Shown piece by piece: positions 13,544 to 26,600 of a stretch of DNA of 57,957 nt (positions are counted from its first letter, which is position 1; every line of letters begins with the position of its first letter). Source of the DNA: Oikopleura dioica (taxonomy: Eukaryota > Animalia > Chordata); the NCBI GenBank assembly GCA_907165135.1, contig CAJRAX010000006.1:1-57957 (forward strand), given 5' to 3'. The translations under genes and the position numbers were made by a program. The notes below the pieces were generated by a model, which did no database searches, had not been told where the DNA came from, and saw nothing but the letters and a program-made list of their open reading frames with translations.

Positions 13544-14179
13544 ACAACCGGCCTAAACCCGCTAACTGTACATCCGTGATCTGTTCTGCTCCTGTAAACG
13601 CCTCCCTGACGTTCTTAGATTAATATTTTCACGACTAGAACAATTGTTAGAACGACTGCCCATTTTCCCCTCGCAATAAACTTATTGAGGATGCTGGAAT
13701 CAAACGACTTACTTTGCAAGTTCAGGCTTTAGAAAGAAAACTTGACAATTTCGAATAATGCGGAATCCCCATTTTAGAATTGATCGGTTTTGCTTCGCAT
13801 CCAGACAGAATGAGCCCCCAAGCAAGAAAGCCCAGTCGCCTACGAACTGAGCAGGATAAAGATCCGCCGAAGGTTTTCCGCGGACAGGGTGTTCATGACT
13901 CACTCGAATTTCATTTCAAAAGAAAAATTTCCTTTTGTCGCTTCCAGTGTTGACTTCAAGAGATTACTAATGTTTCAGGGACATTGTCTCTAATTTACGA
14001 TAAACCCGAGTGATCGACCTATTTTCTTCAAGCTACTGATAATTTGCGAATTGTGAAAAGAATTTTGAGAAATTAATTCATATCATATTCAGAATAACTC
14101 GAAACCCGAATCCGTACCTATAAATCAAAAATGGTTCAACCTATGACTGAACCTCAAAACAATAACAAGGGTAGTTTCA

Positions 14180-14567
14180 AAGCACTGACAGCGTTTTTAA
14201 ATGGGAACAACCTGGGGAGTGAAATTTCTCAGAGTACAATCATAGGAGAGAGTCCGATAACGGCTAGAAATGTAGCTGAGGGTCTACTCTGTGCACTGGT
14301 AGGGTTTATAAAATGTATACAACACGTGATCTGGAAGATATTACGTCATCAATTCCAAATTCTCCGATTTCGCTCATTTATACCTATTTTGGGAGTCAAA
14401 CAGCTCCGAGTACAGTCATCATACAGGATCTCTAAAGCTATAGAAATAAAGCTCTAGGTCTACTCTGTGCATTAGTAAGGTTTAAAGAGCCAGGTGATTC
14501 ACTCAGCGTTTTTCTAGAGGGGTTCGAAAATCGGTGTTCCCATTTAAAAAAAACGCTGTCACTGCTT
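14180..14567. mobile_element. MITE-like element with ~30-bp imperfect terminal inverted repeats and an internal direct repeat
   Basis: aagcactgacagcgtttttaaatgggaaca (14180-14209) is the inverse of tgttcccatttaaaaaaaacgctgtcactgctt (14535-14567). ggtctactctgtgca occurs at ~14281 and ~14458. No clear TSD. Confidence 0.6.
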
Positions 14568-14725
14568 ACTTTTTTCTCTAATCGAAGGTCGTCTTAGCTC
14601 TGTTGGCTCATAATTTCGTCCTCAAACTCGTCTGAAATTGTCTAAATTGGTTGTTTTATGGCTCATCAGAGTGATGATCTGATAAGTGAAACTTTTCTCT
14701 ACCCAAATAACAGAATGGCAGCACA

Positions 14726-17700
14726 ATGCCCAACCGTGTCTCCACTCCGAATCAGAAACAAGGAGGCAATCCTCAACCTGCAACCCCAAACGACAAAAAC
14801 CAAACACCAAATAACCGAAATAACGATCGAAACAACGATCGAAAACAAAACACTCCCCGAAATAATATGAACCGAGGCAACCAGGGCGGCCATAATAGAG
14901 GGCACCAAGGCAATCAGAACAGGGGCCAGCAAAGTTCTAGCACCAAAAATTTTAACGATGGAAAGCCCATCGAGTTTGAGCCAGATCCAGAGAAGGGTAA
15001 ATAACCAAATAGAAAAGTATAAGGCCTCTTTTCTCGTGGATCTGCATAGAAAGCTTTTTTTGTTTGAACTCCTCTATGTTTTCAGTTGATATCCGGGCTC
15101 TCTGTTTTTTTCAACTATTTTCTATAGACCGGACTTCTTATTGATTCGAAAAGAACTCTTGGTCGATAATCGGCTCATACTAGCATCGGTAGCAGCTAGT
15201 CTCTTTTTACTTTTATTGACTCGTTAAAAAGCTTATATTTTCAGTTCCACGAAAAGAGCGCAAAACTAGAATTCAGAACGTATACAACCAAATCTTTATT
15301 ATCATAACTCTTCATCTTTCTCTTGTAGAGGAAGGATCTACAGAATCTACTGGTCAATCCCGACTTTTTGTCGGCGGTCTACCAGAGAATATCACTCAAG
15401 AACAAGTTCGCTCCATGTTTCAAAAGTTCGGCGAAGTCAAGGAAGTTTTTATCCCTCAGGGTAAATATTTTACCAGCTTATTTAAATGTCAGAATTCAGT
15501 TATTTTTCGCCTCACGATAATTTTTGAAAACTCCAGAATTTAGAACTACAGTCGGAGCCAAAATAAGGGACACCAAGATAAGGGACTTTTGCTCAAAATG
15601 CCGAAAATCAGCGGCAGAAAAATCCAATTTAAGGGACTTTCCGAGATCAGTAAGCTTCTTCAGTTAGTTGAGAGCTGATAAAGGGTATCAATTACCTTAA
15701 TTTCAACCAGCTTTGCCCCAAACTGAAGTGATTTGCCTTTCAGAATATGTTTTCCTCTTTCAAAAATGTCTTCTAAGTCACAAAAACAATAACTTCAGCT
15801 TATTTTGCCGTAAAAATATACTTCGAAAAAACTTCTCAGCGACATATTTTTGCTTTGATGACCCAATTTAAGGGACTTTTTCGAAAATTTTGGAGCAAAA
15901 GTCCCTTATTTTGGACTCCGACTGTATATCTTTATCCCAAGAATGCAACCATATACGTACATTTCATATTCCAAGAATCTCATAGCGGTATCTCATCAAT
16001 TCTATTTGAAAAGAAAATGTTCACAAATAGTATTCAAGCGTAATTCTTGAGAAACTCTCTGACAGAGAGTTGCATCTTCATCGAATCGTTCTCAAAGAGT
16101 CCCTTCTTGAAAATGTTTTTCGTATGAGCAGATGAATCAATCTATCAAAAGTATCGGGTCTTTATGTCATAATCTCATTGAAGAAACCTTATTTAGAAAT
16201 TATCGTCCGAGCAAAAAATATTTCTATCCATAAAATTATAAACGATATTATTTATTTTTTTCTATATTTATAAAAAGATATTGATTTATATTCAATAGGA
16301 AAAACATTCGCCTTTATCAAAATGACCAACCGCATGCAAGCCGACCAGGCTAAATATGGCCTCAGCGGCAAAACCATTGTTGGACAGAATCGCCCCATCC
16401 GAGTAAAATTCGCTGCTCAGGGAACGAGCATTGAAGTCAAGAACCTATCTCCTCTCATTTCCAACGAGCGTCTTTATGATGCATTTTCTCGTTTCGGTAA
16501 AATCGAACGAGCCGTTGTTATGGTCGATGAACGAGGCAAATCCCTCGAAAAGTAGGTCACAGAATTGTTTGAATGTTCACTTATCTCCTTCATTTATCTC
16601 ACATATTCTTCTTTTACTTCTCGGTGACATGCATTTCGAATATTTAGTTTAGTAACAGATAAATTTTTATTGGTGATAGTTTTAGTTAGATTTTGGTTAG
16701 GCTATAACCCGAGAAATTTCAACTTGTTTGTCCCTTTCTTGTCTAAAAATCTTTCATAAGAGATCAAGTTGATTCTGATCGACACAGAATCTCGATCGAC
16801 GAATTTTGAGCCAGCTTCGTTGTCACCAAGAAGTAAAATTCTTTGTCTTGTTGCTTGCTATCTAAGAAGTATCTTTCTTTTCGTCATTTGATTTACATAA
16901 AAACTTAAATGGATCTTTGATCTGAATAAAGAACGTAGAAACGCAGAAGGATATCATATGTTTTCGGAAAAAATCTTCAGAATTGAAAAAGCAAAGCGAC
17001 ATTCGTCGCTTAAATCGTATTCAGAATATATTCAAATTACAGAAAACTCAGATACATTAAAAATAATCTTAATCGAGAGAACCTTATAAAAATTGTCTTT
17101 CAAAGGGGAATCGTCGAATTCGACCGAAAAACTCGGCAACGAAGGCGATCGAGCAAGTCAACCAAGGTTGCTTCTTTTTAACGCTGTCTCCGCGAGCCGT
17201 TGTGTGCTCCGCGGTTGACTCTGTCGATGACGCCGACGGTCTCCAAGAAGAGTGTCTCTACAATACTTACGGCTTTGAAGAAGAATACTCGTACCCTCCT
17301 CGATTCGCTGCGCCAGAGACTTTCGAAATGGACTTTGGAAATCGATGGAAAGCGCTAGAAGAACTGGAGCGTTCTCAAATCGAGCAAGTGAAGTTCGAAT
17401 CTGCAGAAAGAAAGCAACGCCTAGAGCAGGAGATGCGAGTAGGAATCGGCGAGGAGCAGGTAAGCCATTGAAATCATAGAAGAGAACTCTAGCTTTCTAA
17501 ATCAGGAACGACTAATTCGACGAGAGATGGAACAACAACAAGCTCGATTGCGACAAATGGAAGAATCTCGACGTCAGCGCCAGGTAATAATTGCAATTGA
17601 GATTATTTCTCATGCGAGATCTGGGAACCGGACGTCACAGTAACACTCACTTTTTAGGAGCAACTCCGTGCCCGTCATGAGCAAGAAATTGAACAGTCGA

Positions 17701-18922
17701 AGCGTCAACGACTCTCTCTCAATGAAAATCACGAACAACTCAAGAATCTTGTTGAAGGTGCCGGAATGCGCGCGCCTGAGACTTACCGACCTCCTCCAAC
17801 CTACAGAAAGCCAGGTAAATTATTTCGAGTTCTTTGGAAAAATAACATGTCTTAGAGCAAATGGAAATGGACGGGGGTTGGAGAGATAATGACTTCGGCT
17901 CCCAGAACCAAAGCTTCGATAATGACTCCCGAGGCCAAAACAATCAGTGGCCATCTCCTGTACAAAGAGGCGGTCGAGGTGGAGGACCTCGTGGCGGAGG
18001 AGGACCGCGAGGCGGCTTCTCTGGTAGCCAAAACTTTGACCCTATCCAGGTACCCAACGTCATCGCGTAAAACAGTTCACAAATTTTGTTCAATAACCCT
18101 TTCGTAACAAAATCATTTTGTCCTACGAGCATAAACACACTTCGTCATGCTATTACCCTCTTTGTTGCCGTTTTACACGTCGTCAATTTGTCACCGAGGA
18201 CTAATTTTATATTAGCACTTTTTAAAAATGATCGGCTAGGGTTGGCATTCTATTCTATAAATCTGGAAGGAAAAGGCATAAATTTAACGCTTAAGATCGT
18301 TCTTCCACGAAACTGTTTGCTTATAGATGCAAGATATGACAGCTAATTTTCGATTAGGTCCCAGAAAGTTCTCTTGCAATAGATGAAAAGATCCAAGAAC
18401 TCGAAAAAAAGGCAGGATTATATATTTTCATTTCAAATGTTTTATGCACAGAATCAAAACTGGCCTCAGCATTTCGAATCTCTCAGAAAGATTACCTGTT
18501 ATCAAGCGGAGAACTATGAAGGTATATTAAAGGCTCTGGTAGAGCCGCTCTACAGATATGCAAACAGCAAGCAGCTGACATAAGAAGGGGTCAGTTTTGA
18601 GCGGGAATCAAAGACAGCACATAATCACGCTGGCAAGTTTAGATTTCTGCAGAGGATGCCGACCCTATCTCACACTCGCTATCTTCCTTAAAGCATTTTT
18701 GAATAATCCCCTCATCACTTATTGAACGACGAAACATTCGAACAAACTATCAATGAATTACGTCAGGAACAGCGCGGCGGCAATACTCCCCAACGAGGTG
18801 GAGGTGCGTATCGTGGAGGAGGAAACTTCAGAGGTGGCGGCCGTGGCGGCTTTACCGACTCGCGTGGCCGTGGTGGACGTGGCGGCGGAGGACATCGAGG
18901 AGGTCGTCGTGGACCTTATTAA
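14726..18922 (+). CDS. DBHS-family RNA-binding protein (NONO/SFPQ/PSPC1-like): N/Q/G-rich N-terminus, 2 RRMs, NOPS, coiled coil, RGG tail; frameshift at 17127-17131
   Basis: RRM1 RLFVGGLP..KTFAFIKM; RRM2 IEVKNLSP..RFGKIERAVVMVDERGKSLEKGIVEF; NOPS DDADGL..PPRFAAPETFEMDFGNRWKAL; E/R/Q coiled coil. Orthology among the three vertebrate paralogs cannot be assigned. Confidence 0.85.
15549..15924. mobile_element. Tc1/mariner-type MITE (376 bp) in intron 2 of the DBHS gene
   Basis: TA|CAGTCGGAGCCAAAATAAGGGAC...GTCCCTTATTTTGGACTCCGACTG|TA. TA target duplication, CAGT termini, and subterminal (A/T)AAGGGAC repeats. Confidence 0.85.
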
Positions 18923-19018
18923 TTTCTACTGTTATCAGAGTCTGCGTACTGCCCGTAATAAATACTACATTTACCTTTCATCCCAAATACACACTTGCCA
19001 TATTTATATTTTCCTTAA

Positions 19019-19661
19019 GGGGGAGGTCGACGAGAATTGGGATTTCCGTGACCAAAAATGCGGAGAAACCCGATTAGATAGAAAAATTCTGACTTTTCGG
19101 ATTGAAAGAAAAGGGTTTGAAAAATTAACCGGCGAAAAGCAGAAAAAATTTTTTGAAAAATTTTTCAAAAATTAGGGTTGAAGTGGGGTGTCTCGTGACC
19201 AAAAATCTCGAAAACCGAGTTTTTTCTTCATCAAATATAATTAATAAGTAGTTTAGACCCTTAAAAATTAACCGGCGATCAAAAATTAAGGGTTACTTTC
19301 ATAAAAAATTTTTCTTATTGATTAAAAATATTTGATTTTCGTCAAAATCGACATTTTTACCCATTTTTTCATGGAAAATTATTCAAAAATCACAAAGACT
19401 CGGATTTTTAAAAATAATTAGTCAGAAATCATTTTAAAACAATGCCTAGAGTATAATAATCAGTTTCAGATAGTTTTTGGACGAAATCACCAACGAATAA
19501 TTTTCAAGAAATTTCAAGTTCGAGACTTAAAATCGAAAATTTTACATTAAAAAGTTAACAAATTAAGAAAAGCTAGGGACCAAAAATACTCCTTTTTATC
19601 GAGGAATCCAAAAATATAATCAAAATTTTGAAAAGGCGAAAAAATTTCTCGACGACCTCCC
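19019..19661. mobile_element. Non-autonomous DNA transposon (643 bp) with TTAA target duplication
   Basis: TTAA|GGGGGAGGTCGACGAGAA...TTCTCGACGACCTCCC|TTAA. Internal direct repeats gtgaccaaaaat (~19049, ~19195) and aaaattaaccggcga (~19121, ~19264). AT-rich, no transposase ORF. Confidence 0.75.
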
Positions 19662-20042
19662 TTAAATTAAAGAGGAACGGAAAAATGAAGTAATTATTGT
19701 AAGGCAGCGAGTTATAGGAATTTTTCCCATGGGGAATCATCTCACGCTTACTACAACTTCGAGCTCGCTGTAAAATCTTTATGATCTGTTCCGTTGAACC
19801 AATATTTACTCGAGCAGTGTTCAATCGTCACAATGAGCCTTATTAGAGTCCCGTTCGGCGATGATACGTAGGAGCGTCGCTTACACAATCCGTCCTTAAT
19901 TTTCTTGTTTTTTATCGCAGGTGCTCTATCACCAATATTCGTCCATTGTTGACTCATGATTGTTGTTCTGAAGCCAGCACTTTACGAGCGCGCAGATTTC
20001 TTAAAGCTTTTTCTCTTTTAGAAAAAATAGAGGTATTCGTGA

Positions 20043-22798
20043 ATGGACTCGGGGAAAACGAAAAGTCCCAATTTGAAAAGTAACGAGAATGCGAAAACAA
20101 AAATGGAAGACTCGGCTAAAACAAAGGGACATTGCAGGTCAAAGAGCCAAACTTATAGTTTCACAGGTAAACATCTTTTTCTGTTTTCTTTTTCACACAG
20201 AAAATTAGGCTCCGTTTGCGATGAAATCGAAAAACACTTTGAGCAAAGTTTGTCCCTCCTCGACCAAAAGCATCAAAAATCGAAAAGTCTTCCTCGTGCC
20301 ATGAAAGGTAAAGTTGGTTAATCTTGAAAAGTGGTAACTTTCAAGCAATAGGATCTTTTCCAGCCTCATTTTTCGAGCAAAAGCTCAAACAACATTCTTC
20401 AACAGACTCTCTTCAAAATTCATCAGACTCTGGCTCTCTTGGCCCAATGCGGGTCCATCGAACGCACTCTTCCTCTAAAAGAAACCGAAATAGAGAAATC
20501 GAAAACAAAGACTCGCACAAGAAGGGTCGACAATATAAACAACTCCAGGAAAGCGCTCAAAGATCTTTTCCAAGTATTTTAACGATTAACCGTTTTGAAA
20601 AGAATGTGTTCTCCTCTTCGTGACATCATTTTCGAGCGTTTTGATAAGTCTCTTATCAAAAGCGAACCTCCCAGCGCACAGAATCACCTCAAAGGAGTTG
20701 GATCTCCCGGCTCTGCTTACTCGTCATCCCTTGGTTCGCCTCAACACGCAAGTAACTCACTTCAAGGCTCTCACTGCACGGTTGGTGTCCACAACGCCGG
20801 CAAGCCTCCGAACGCCCAAGCAACGTCAATCAACCACTCGCAACACTCAAGATCGCGTTCGCTGCCGATAATACCAAAACGTCAGCCCACCCAAGCAATG
20901 TAAGAAAACAAGAAAGAATTATAAACCACAATGCCAGGAAATCGATCTGATTTTTACCCTGAAATTTTCTTCAGGGGCCGAATACAGCCACTCGCAGTTG
21001 ATATCGAGCGAATCCCATTGCCTGGAAACTGGGAAATGTGTTTTCAAAACGGCATACGCTACTTCGTCGACAGATCGAGAAAACTCTCGCAGATGGAAGA
21101 TCCCAGAGTGCAGATTCTAGAGCAGTTCAAGCGAAAACACATGGAACTGTGCGAATACAACGATGTAAGTCCCAGAGCTCGCGCCAACTATAACACTATA
21201 GCTTCTCATTCTCGCCCTAACCCATTTTTCATTTTTAGGCTTCACAATTGCCGTCGCATTGTGAGCGACAAGTGACACGTGACCAGAAGGTCTTTTTCAT
21301 TAATCATGAGACTAAACAAACGAGCTGGATCCACCCACTCGTCGAGCAACAGTTACTACCAGAAAACTCACTCGTGGGACAACCACACTCCCTTCCTGGG
21401 CCCGATTGCATGCACCTTAACGTAAGGATCATTTTTCCGCACTTTATGTATTGATAGAAGTCTTTATACCGACCGTATCATTAATAGCTCCTCTCTAGGG
21501 ACCTCTCAACGATCAAATCAGCGAAATAACAACCGACAGTTCCATGACCGACGATTCCATCAATATGCACTCAAGTTTTGACTCCTCATTGAGCCCCAAG
21601 GTTAGTCGAATATCTCGCGTTGAAGCCTCGGCGCTGAGATCAGAATCTATTCAAGTCGATAATAAGATTCCGTCCTCTCATTCCGAAAGCTTCTCTCTCG
21701 AGAAAGAGGAGTTTGTTGCCAGAGCGATGATTGTTTCAGTCGGATGTGACGAGTTGAATTCGGCATTCTAGTGCATCGATAAGGCCAGAATGCTTCAAAA
21801 TTCAATTTAACTCGTTATCACCCGACCGAAAAAGTAGGCTTCAGAGATCTCTTTGTTGACCTCTAAAGGCACAAAAATCATCAACGCGAGACTCTATTTA
21901 CCAGCTTATGGTTCTCAACTCTTGGCACATTCACAACTCTTATATTTTCGTTGTCTATCAGACAAGAAAACATCAAAGGGCTCAATTTGTCATTCGATTT
22001 GTTGCTCATTGAGAGTCAATTGAAATTCTTTTCAGCGCCCTTCACACATGACGAATATGCCCGTTCAGTCCCAAAACAATTGCCAATTCGGAAGCAATGG
22101 CCAAAGTACTGGAAACGGCACTATGTACTACGATTCGACCACCTCCATGATGAGCCGCCTTCAAATGCACCAAATGTCCCCCTCTCCCCAGCAGGCGCCT
22201 TCATACGACCACAATCAGAATTCGAATCCTACCTTTTCTAACTCCCCTCATAATCAGCAACACATCGACTCGCAGGTCCAAGACTACATGATGGACATGG
22301 GACTTGATCCAAATCGTTACTCTCATTTTCAGTCTAATTCTTCGCAATCATTGCCCCAAAGCCTCCGGTATTCTAGCATGTCGAGCTTCCGAAAAATAAT
22401 CCATCTTTAGAAGAGGAATTCAGATGAAGCAGTTCCCACAGAGGCCGATGTACCCTCATCAACGATCCCATTCTCACCATCTTCTCCCAGACAGGTAAAC
22501 GAGTACTTTCTTGAACATATTCACAAGGTGCATTAGACTCCACCAGCCGGTTCCCAGATCACATTCAAATATCTCCATGGCCGAACAACGACACTATCAA
22601 AACCCAGGCGATCAACACGATATCCTCCAAAGTCAGCACTTCCAAGGGATGGAGCAAAGTTCGAACAATAACTCTTCTGGCTTCGCTGACAATGATCCAT
22701 TGAGCCAAATCGAACTCGACATTGGCACTTTTGGAACCGACCTGCCAAAGGATATCTTACAAAAGGCTCTTTTTCCCGACCGCGTCGTTCGCAGCTGA
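20043..22798 (+). CDS. Divergent YAP/Yorkie-like transcriptional co-activator (TEAD-binding segment, 2 WW domains, Q/S/N-rich C-terminus)
   Basis: SLPRAMKGSFPASFFEQK resembles YAP PMRLRKLPDSFF, followed by HRTHSS. HxRxxS motifs HCRSKS and HSRSRS. WW1 LPGNWEM..YFVD..EDPR; WW2 VFFINHETKQTSWIHP. The junction near 20550-20650 is unresolved. Confidence 0.6.
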
Positions 22799-23625
22799 TA
22801 ATTCCTCCTTTCTAAAAACTAATTCAATTATTTTATTCTACTTACCCTCGCTGAGCGTACATTCCCACTACATTTCAAGGCTCCCATGAGAACTTTTCTT
22901 ATCACTGTGCCTCAGAAAACTTCAACTCTACTAACTCAATCACAATTCTTTATTCTCGCTATTGTACCAAATTCGATACAGATTCCTTATTATTTCCGAC
23001 ATTGTGAGCCTATGATCTTTCATTGCTTAGAATCTTCGAAGAACTTATCAATTTACACTCAGTTCAACTAATTATTTTATTTACAAATGTACAGATTTTC
23101 ATTTGCGTGCGATAACAGTTGTAATTATATATCTCCCTTTGTTCCTTTTTTCCATCAGACTATCTATTGGCTCCGACAGTTCCTAAAACCCGAAAATTTC
23201 ACAAAATTGTATTTATTTATTAAAAAAAACGACAAATAACAATTTCTTAACTCACGAAATTCAATTCATGCTTTCTATCTTCACCATTGTGCTCAAACAG
23301 AAAACGAACATAAAACCGACTGCATCGCGAATATGCCTTTTTCTTCAGACCTTGTTAATCCAACTATCATTATCCTATCATTACTAAATGCAAAATTCGA
23401 AAATTGAAATAATAAACTCGCAGCGTTGCAACTTACAAGCTAATCTTGTTAATAAAATATCTTCCAGCTGTATGATAAATCTTCAATAAAGAAAGCTTAG
23501 CCAGACAAACAAATCATTGCGAAAAAAACGGTGGGCAATCGACCTCCGCTTATTGTTTTACTATCAGTGTGTTTCTCTTTTATTGTCCGTCTTTGAGGCA
23601 GTGTAACATATAAAAGGCTTTTGAT

Positions 23626-26600
23626 TCATGCAGAGGAACAGAAATGTTCAAACAGGCGGTTTCTGAGTACTGCTGGCATGTTCCTCTCGGTGTAGATCAG
23701 TCGGTAGTTATTCGAGCAGTCAAGATTCGTGCAAAACTCTTCGTCTAAATCTTCGATCGACGCTGTCCCGAAAGCTACAACAGTGTTGTCATCAATTTTT
23801 ATTGGACCGTTACCTTCTTTGTGGCAATTAAAGCATTTCCGCTGATATTTTGATAGATCGTTTTCGACTATTTCTTTCTCGTTCGCGACGACACGCATCA
23901 CTGCGCTATTTTCTTTGCATCCTTCGCAGAAAACATTGTTGGGTGCAGGATCATCCATTTCGCAAGCAATACACTGTTCGGCGGCAGAAAAGGTTTTCCA
24001 TGAACCATTCGTGGCAGTAACCGATGCTTCTTGTCCTGTAATGTCTTCCTCCCACCGTGACGCTCGAAGTAGAGGGTGAACTGCGCCTAGTAACCGCTCT
24101 AAACCAGGAAGAATATGAATTCTGATTATCCAGTCTATATCAGGCTAGAAAATGAGTTTCAAAATAATCTGTAGTAGATCTTATATTTATTCACTAAAGC
24201 GAGTTTTGAAGCTCTTTTCCTGAAGATCACCAAATAAGAATTCCTCAACTTCCCACGTTCTTGAGAAAACAGACTCTCCGGATTCTGGGGTAGGAACCGC
24301 CACGCAATATTTTATCCGTTCTCCTGAAGGAGGGCCATTGAGGGGTCCTCCTCGTTTGTATTTGATTCTTGCTATTTTCCAAGCAGGAATTTTAGCTCCT
24401 GGCGCATAGCCATCATATCCACGCCATGATTTCTCAAATATCAAATCAGGTAGAAAAGCTATTGGGTTAGACTTTATCTTTACGATTTCGTCTATCAGTA
24501 TTCCCTTTAGTTTACTTTGCAAGCACTCTACATTTGAAATCAACAAGGAGTTCGATACCTAAATATGATCTATGATAATGGAGCGCGATCCTGAAACTGA
24601 GTTTGCCATCAACAACCATGTCAAAGAGCGTTTTCGCCGCCTTCGTTACCAGTTTTCCACCTGCAAGAACTCCATCTCTTCGGATATTTTCGATTCCCTT
24701 TGATTCCAGCTCAGGCTTTTTACCAGCCTTTTCCCATGGATATCCACAGTATCTCTTCTTTGTCTCCAGAATACAGGGCCAGTAGACTTTCTCGAACTTT
24801 AAGTCAATGGGCGGCGGGAACATTGCTGTGATTTCTTCAGCCATAGTTTTAACATAATCTATCAGATCGCCAATATTCTCTCTTTTACCGGACTGATTAA
24901 TTTGATGAGTTTGGATTCTAAAAATTAATTGAACCGATCCTATTTACAGTTTCTTCCATATCGACAAAGACAGAATCCGTATCCCCATAAATGACTGTTT
25001 TGCCGAACATATCTCTACAAGCAATCGCTGCTCTTTCGGTCAAACATCTTGCATCACCGACAATTGCTTCTGCAAGATGTCGGTTTGGCATTCTTCCGGA
25101 GAATCCAGCGTCTGTGTATCCGTACATCGTGTTTGCAATCATTTTTAGTGCGTGTTGACGAGAATCGAGCATTTTGTATTCTCGGTGAGAATGAGTGCCG
25201 GATTTCATCATTTTCTTTATTGCTGCTCGGCTAGACAGGAGCTATTTAAGTTTCGAAATAAATTCAACTAAAACCATGAGTTGGTATTCAAAACCTTCCT
25301 TCGTCTGAATTTGCGGCAAAATCCCCATTCGTTTTTCTTTATTAACAAAACAACAGTTTGTTGAAGCATAATGAACGTCCGTCTCATCAGGAAGTTGCTC
25401 ACGAGGCAGCGCCCATGCAAATTTCGTACCAACATTTTGAGGCTCTCCATTCAAATGATCTTGATAATTCCCGAGAATGGTGGTGTAGCACATGTTTTGA
25501 GCGATAATAACAGAGGGATACAGTGATGTAAAATCAAGAACAGCAACTCCACCAGTATACATGCCAGATTCGGGCTCAAGATTGAGAGCAATTTGTTCTC
25601 CTGCTCTTGATTCCCGAACATCAGCTTCAGTTGGTGAATCCATTACCATTTCTTTCACTTAGTTTTAATACAGGTTACTCTTTTTTTATAAATTAACCAT
25701 TGAAAACTCTCCTAGATAGGTACAGCAGTTTCCGAATATACCTTCATGTCTTACTTGACATCCTCTAGTGAGCGAATCTTTCATGGATACATTTGCGATT
25801 CCTGAGACTTCGTATCCGATTTCTAACAACCCGATCTTCTTTATCATCAAAGCAAGTCTTTCTGTTCTGCACGTGAGGAAATTTAACACTTTTTCCCAAT
25901 CAGTAGAGTTCCACATAATCCGCATCTTTATCCGTTTCATCATTGGAGTGCGTTTGCCGAGAACTTCATACGCCGCCGCTTCAAAACTCGTTGATCTCAG
26001 ACTCAACTCATCAGCAGCCAGGCGCCAGAACTCTAAGACAGTTCGGCCAGGGATCGCCACATCCCCAACCGTTGCTTTCTCGAAGTAATTATTTTCATCC
26101 CCTCCAAAGTGTCGACTGAGGCACAACCCGAATTTCTTCCATCCAAGGCCGAAAACTGCTCTTTTGATCAGAAATCCGAGCGATCGTCGTCTCATTTCCC
26201 AGCCAAGAACTACGTCAGGATTAAGACTTTGGAAAAGTCGAGCAAATTTATCGAAAAGTGTCATTTCATTTTTGCAGAAGATCAAACGGGGGTTCAGATC
26301 GTATCTATCGTCTTCGGAATATATCTTGTCACGAGTATATAACAACCATGTTTCGTCTTCTCTGTCTTCATCCGAGTGATAGTACACGATGCAAACTGCT
26401 GTTAGAGGATCTTCCTTGGGATCTTGTGGTAAATTTTGCCGGCCATCAGAGAAGACCTCAATACAAACAGCAGAGTAGCTACAACGGAAGTCGGGGCTTT
26501 CAGCCATAGAATCAACCCTATGCAGTGTTTGGTCGAATACATTATCTTGCGTTTTCTCGTGGAAAATGGAAAAATCATGCATCTTTTCTTTGTTACTGTT

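Noticed and set aside
20043-22798. Calling the WW protein Salvador/SAV1 or a NEDD4-type ligase
   Set aside because: No SARAH, C2 or HECT domain seen; the P.SFF TEAD-binding-like segment and HxRxxS motifs fit YAP better.
25660-25740. REV3 junction that cannot be joined cleanly, suggesting pseudogenisation
   Set aside because: The rest of the gene is intact; an unrecognised non-canonical intron or an indel error is more likely.
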